Part shown: positions 60,007-64,000 of the stretch, one piece after another | How positions within the stretch are numbered: position 1 is the stretch's first letter | How the letters are laid out: every line of letters starts with the position of its first letter | Assembly (NCBI GenBank): GCA_963745025.1 | Contig: CAVUWD010000009.1 | Span: 1-64,000, forward strand | Length of the DNA stretch: 64,000 nucleotides | Direction: 5' to 3' | DNA from: an uncultured delta proteobacterium | GTDB taxonomy: Bacteria; Desulfobacterota; Binatia; JACPRU01 | Translations under genes and position numbers: made by a program | Notes under the pieces: model-generated | Seen by the model: the letters and a program-made list of their open reading frames with translations, nothing else | Database searches by the model: none | Told to the model about the DNA's origin: nothing

Positions 60007-61146
60007 ATGAAGTTGCTGTCTAGGATCACCGCCCTCACGGTTCTCTTGTCCCCTGCTGTGTTGGGAAAGCTCGTGGACCGTGGTGGCTCCACTTCTCCGG
60101 AGTTCCCATTCCTTCGCCCAGTCACGCCGCAGGATCTCCGCGAGAAGGGCGCTCTCCGTTTCTCGATCAGCCGAGACCCCTCGCGAAACTCCCCTGGATC
60201 GCTGGATTCCTCGGATTTGGATTATGACCTCCTGAACCGCTTCGCAAGCGATCTCGGTGTCCCGCTGAGCGAACGGCCGGCGGTCAGCGACGAGGAGGCG
60301 GTACAGCGGCTGCGCTCGGGGATGGTGGACGTGGTGATGCTCTCGACTGCTTTCGAAGCTGCTCCAGATGTTGTGCTCGCGGATCCCTGCCTCGACGAGG
60401 GGCCCGCGGGGTCGCCGAGGCGACTCTCTCTGTTTCTCCGAACGGACAGCGCGGAGTTGGCAGCACTTCTCGCGGGAGCCGCCCGGCGGATTGCGGATGC
60501 GGAGGAAAGCGAGGCTCTTTACCAGGTCTACTGTCGTTACGCATCGCCCGAGGAGGCGCCCGAGCCCGCGCTGCCGCTTGCCGGACGGATCTCGCGCTAC
60601 GCCGGCGTGATCGCCAAGTACGCCGGCGCGGCTGGCCTCGACTGGCGCCTGGTGGCAGCCCTCATTTTCGAGGAGTCCAGCTTCGAAGAAAAGGCCGTTA
60701 GCGCTGCCGGGGCCAAAGGCCTCATGCAGCTCATGCCGTGGATTCCGGCGGAAGTCGGAGTCAACAACGTTTCCGCACCGGAGGCGAACATTCGGGCGGG
60801 CGTCCTCTATCTACGGCGGCTCTCCGAGCAGTTCCCGGACGCCCACGCAAAGGACCGCCTGGCGATGGTGCTTGCCGCCTACATGCTCGGACCCGGTCAC
60901 GTCGTCGATGCACAAGACTTGGCCCGGGAGCTCGGTCTCGAACCCCAATCGTGGCAGCGAGGGCTCGAGCAGACGCTACCACTGCTCGAAGACGAGCGCT
61001 TCAACGGTCACTGTCGGCTCGGCTCCGCGCACGGACGGCAGGCGGTGCGCTACGTCAACCGGATTCTCGAGCGCTACGAAACCTACCGGCTCCACCTCGA
61101 TCGCTATCCGGACGTCGCCAGCTATCGCCTGCGTGGCGACGCGTAG
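60007..61146 (+). CDS. MltF-like lytic transglycosylase (partial substrate-binding domain + SLT domain)
   Basis: LDYDLLNRFASDLGV, LDWRLVAALIFEESSF (catalytic Glu), GLMQL, LAAYMLGPGHV.DA, G.QAVRYV. Confidence 0.85.
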   Translation: MKLLSRITALTVLLSPAVLGKLVDRGGSTSPEFPFLRPVTPQDLREKGALRFSISRDPSRNSPGSLDSSDLDYDLLNRFASDLGVPLSERPAVSDEEAVQRLRSGMVDVVMLSTAFEAAPDVVLADPCLDEGPAGSPRRLSLFLRTDSAELAALLAGAARRIADAEESEALYQVYCRYASPEEAPEPALPLAGRISRYAGVIAKYAGAAGLDWRLVAALIFEESSFEEKAVSAAGAKGLMQLMPWIPAEVGVNNVSAPEANIRAGVLYLRRLSEQFPDAHAKDRLAMVLAAYMLGPGHVVDAQDLARELGLEPQSWQRGLEQTLPLLEDERFNGHCRLGSAHGRQAVRYVNRILERYETYRLHLDRYPDVASYRLRGDA

Positions 61147-61155
61147 CTGCCCTCG

Positions 61156-63768
61156 TCAAGCGGCCTGCGCGAGCGGCGCGATCTCGAAAGACAGCTCGCC
61201 GCCGCTAGCTCCGACCGATACCCGGGAGTTGTCGGGCAGCTCTCCAGACAAGATCTTCCGCGCGAGCACGGTCTCGACCGCGCGTTGGAGAAGCCGCTTC
61301 AGCGGTCGCGCGCCGTACGTCGGGTCGTAGCCTGCCGCTGCCAGATGATCCTTCGCCGCATCGGAGAGCGCGAGCTCGATGTGATGCTCGGCAAGCCGCT
61401 TGCGCAGGCGCTCGAGCTGGATCTCGACGATGCGCCGCAGGTCTTCGCGGCCCAGGCCGCGGAACACCACGGTCTCGTCGACCCGGTTCAAGAACTCTGG
61501 CCGGAACTGCGTGCGCAGCGCCTCCATCACCTCCAGCTTCATCTGCTCGTAAGCATCGGGGTCCGCGCCACCTCGATAGCCGAGGATCGTCTGGCTACCG
61601 ATGTTCGACGTCATGATTACGATCGTGTTCTTGAAGTCGACGGTTCGGCCATGTCCATCCGTCAGTCGACCGTCGTCGAGGATCTGCAGGAGCACGTTGA
61701 AGACGTCGTGATGCGCCTTCTCGACCTCGTCGAAGAGGATCACGCTGTAGGGCTTGCGGCGCACCGCTTCGGTGAGCTGTCCGCCCTCGTCGTAACCGAC
61801 GTATCCCGGCGGCGCGCCGATCAAGCGGGAAACCGTGTGCTTCTCCATGTATTCCGACATGTCGATGCGCACCATGCTCGCCTCGTTGTCGAAGAGCGCC
61901 TCGGCGAGCGCGCGTGCGACCTCGGTCTTTCCCACCCCCGTTGGACCGAGAAAGATGAACGATCCGATCGGCCGGTTGGGATCCTTGAGGCCGGAGCGGG
62001 CTCGGATCACCGCATCCGCCACGGCTTCGATCGCTTCGTCCTGGCCGACGACGCGCTCGTGCAGCCGTTCGCCGAGGCCGAGCAGCTTGTGCTTTTCACC
62101 TTCGAGGAGCCTCGACACGGGAATCCCGGTCCAGCGACCGACGACTCCCGCGATGTCCTGCTCGGCGACTTCTTCCTGGAGGAGCGCCGTTCCCTGCTCG
62201 TGAAGACGCGCCTCCGCTTCGCTCAATCGCTTCTCGAGCTCGACGATCCGGCCGTACTTGATCTCCGCCACGCGGTTGAGGTCGTAGGCGCGCTCGGCCT
62301 TCTCCATCTCGACCTTCTGCTCCTCGATCTGACGGCGCACGTCGCGGATCTGCGACACGAGGCCCTTTTCGCTCTCCCACTTGGCGCGCAGCCGCTGCGA
62401 TTCGTCCTTCAGGCCGGCGAGCTCCTTCTCGAGCTTCGCCAGACGCTCCTTGGACGCTTGATCGGTCTCCTTGCGCAACGCCTCGCGCTCGATTTCGAGC
62501 TGCATGACCTTCCGCGAGGCCTCGTCGAGCTCGGACGGCATCGAATCCATTTCCGTGCGGAGCTTCGCCGCGGCCTCGTCGACGAGATCGATCGCCTTGT
62601 CTGGCAAGAAGCGGTCGCTGATGTAGCGGTTCGAAAGTACCGCAGCCGAGACCAGCGCGGCGTCCTTGATGCGCACGCCGTGGTGGACTTCGTAGCGCTC
62701 GCGGAGCCCGCGCAGGATCGAGATCGTTTCCTCCACACTTGGCTGATCGACGATCACGGGCTGAAAACGCCGCTCGAGCGCCGCATCCTTCTCGATGTGC
62801 TTGCGATACTCGCCGAGCGTGGTGGCGCCGATGCAGTGGAGCTCACCGCGCGCGAGCATCGGCTTCAAGAGATTGCCGGCGTCCATCGCACCCTCGGCGG
62901 CCCCCGCGCCGACCACGGTGTGCAGCTCGTCGATGAAGAGGATTATTTCCCCCGCCGACTCGACGACTTCCTTCAGCACCGCCTTCAGCCGCTCCTCGAA
63001 CTCGCCCCGGAACTTTGCGCCCGCGATCAGCGCTCCCATGTCGAGCGTGACCACACGCTTGCCCTTCAGGCCCTCGGGTACGTCGCCCCGCACGATGCGA
63101 TGAGCAAGTCCCTCGACGATCGCGGTCTTGCCGACGCCAGGCTCGCCGATCAGCACGGGGTTGTTCTTGGTGCGCCGGGACAGAACCTGGATCACCCGGC
63201 GAATTTCCTCGTCGCGGCCAATGACGGGATCGACTTTGCCTTGCGAGGCGAGCTTGGTCAGATCGCGCCCGTAACGCTCGAGCGCCTGGTACGTTCCCTC
63301 GGGGTTCTGGCTCGTCACGCGCTGATGCCCGCGCACCTTGCGCAGCGCCTCCATGAGCTTCTCGCGCCGGACACCGGCGGCGCGGAGCGCCTTGCCGGTG
63401 GCGCCGGAGTCCTCGAGCATCGCAAACAGGAGGTGCTCGACGCTCGTGTACTCGTCCTTGAGGCCTTTGGCTTCGTCTTCGGCCTGCCGCAGAACCTTGC
63501 CCAGCCGCGGGGTCAGGTATGTCTGGCCCGCTCCCGTCGGGCTCGACACCTGGGGCAGGTTTTCGAGCTCTCGTTCGATCGCTTGACGGGGATTGGCGAC
63601 CGATACGCCAGCCGCGGACAGAATCGCCGTCGCGAGCCCGTCGGGCTCGGCAAGCAATGCGGCCGCAAGGTGCTCGACGTCGACGCCTTGGTGGCCACGT
63701 CGCTCGGCAAGCGCTTGCGCCCCCTGCAGCGCCTCCTGCGATTTTTCCGTGAACCGGTTGATGTTCAT
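61156..63768 (-). CDS. clpB: ATP-dependent chaperone ClpB
   Basis: Clp-N repeats, [13 protein letters not shown], coiled-coil M-domain, [25 protein letters not shown]. Confidence 0.97.
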   Translation of the reverse strand: MNINRFTEKSQEALQGAQALAERRGHQGVDVEHLAAALLAEPDGLATAILSAAGVSVANPRQAIERELENLPQVSSPTGAGQTYLTPRLGKVLRQAEDEAKGLKDEYTSVEHLLFAMLEDSGATGKALRAAGVRREKLMEALRKVRGHQRVTSQNPEGTYQALERYGRDLTKLASQGKVDPVIGRDEEIRRVIQVLSRRTKNNPVLIGEPGVGKTAIVEGLAHRIVRGDVPEGLKGKRVVTLDMGALIAGAKFRGEFEERLKAVLKEVVESAGEIILFIDELHTVVGAGAAEGAMDAGNLLKPMLARGELHCIGATTLGEYRKHIEKDAALERRFQPVIVDQPSVEETISILRGLRERYEVHHGVRIKDAALVSAAVLSNRYISDRFLPDKAIDLVDEAAAKLRTEMDSMPSELDEASRKVMQLEIEREALRKETDQASKERLAKLEKELAGLKDESQRLRAKWESEKGLVSQIRDVRRQIEEQKVEMEKAERAYDLNRVAEIKYGRIVELEKRLSEAEARLHEQGTALLQEEVAEQDIAGVVGRWTGIPVSRLLEGEKHKLLGLGERLHERVVGQDEAIEAVADAVIRARSGLKDPNRPIGSFIFLGPTGVGKTEVARALAEALFDNEASMVRIDMSEYMEKHTVSRLIGAPPGYVGYDEGGQLTEAVRRKPYSVILFDEVEKAHHDVFNVLLQILDDGRLTDGHGRTVDFKNTIVIMTSNIGSQTILGYRGGADPDAYEQMKLEVMEALRTQFRPEFLNRVDETVVFRGLGREDLRRIVEIQLERLRKRLAEHHIELALSDAAKDHLAAAGYDPTYGARPLKRLLQRAVETVLARKILSGELPDNSRVSVGASGGELSFEIAPLAQAA

Positions 63769-63870
63769 GCCGCGAACCTCTTTCTCGGGCACGGGTTCGT
63801 CCGCCCGCCACGAGGGCCAAGATAAGCACGCTTCGCCGTGCCGCAAGGCGGGAAACTGACGAACGAAGAC

Positions 63871-63939
63871 GGCTACCGGCTACCGGCCACCGGTGAAGAA
63901 TTCATGGTGTCTTTCGCGGTCACCGCTGGTGGGTCGCCG
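63871..63939. repeat. Degenerate heptamer-repeat element upstream of clpB
   Basis: ggctacc ggctacc ggccacc followed by a degenerate reverse arm (ggtcacc...ggtcgcc). Confidence 0.6.
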
Positions 63940-64000
63940 CTTTCAGCTTCGTCCTGGATCTTCTTGGCTTCTTCCGCCTCGCCGACGAGATCGCTGTGAC

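Noticed and set aside
61285-63825. 846-aa ORF antisense to clpB (likewise long antisense ORFs over gdhB, ftsA, murC and the sigma-54 activator)
   Set aside because: Shadow ORFs caused by high-GC codon bias on the coding strand; no recognisable motifs.
63873-64000. Possible 3' end of a minus-strand CDS at the window edge
   Set aside because: Too short to fix the frame or assign a product.

Overview
GC-rich bacterial chromosomal window, mostly housekeeping genes; gene content looks deltaproteobacteria-like, possibly Binatia (inference only). Positions 1-7641 hold a hydrogenase-4-like (Ehr) membrane complex operon whose large subunit lacks the Ni-binding cysteines. It is preceded by a translationally coupled PTS EIIA-type gene and followed by a GAF/sigma-54 activator. 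Positions 9.4-40.3 kb are a metabolic mix: tandem family III CoA-transferase, two Cys/Met PLP lyases, type-3 asparaginase, ArsS-type radical SAM, GT-C-like membrane protein, SDR, FAD oxidoreductase, UDPGP-family uridylyltransferase, thiI, M48 and M23 peptidases, HGSNAT-like protein, MBL hydrolase, large NAD-GDH, GNAT, transglutaminase, dienelactone hydrolase and rlmD. Positions 40.3-58.4 kb are a complete dcw cluster (mraZ to ftsZ), followed by rnpB, TetR, an MltF-like SLT and clpB. Non-coding signals include a 173-bp MITE-like element with perfect 20-bp ends, twin hairpins with complementary loops, a family of heptamer-repeat palindromes, MraZ boxes and several leaderless-type promoters. Frameshifts in hyfB, one PLP lyase and the essential ftsZ most likely reflect consensus errors. 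No CRISPR array, tRNA, rRNA, prophage or intact transposase was seen.
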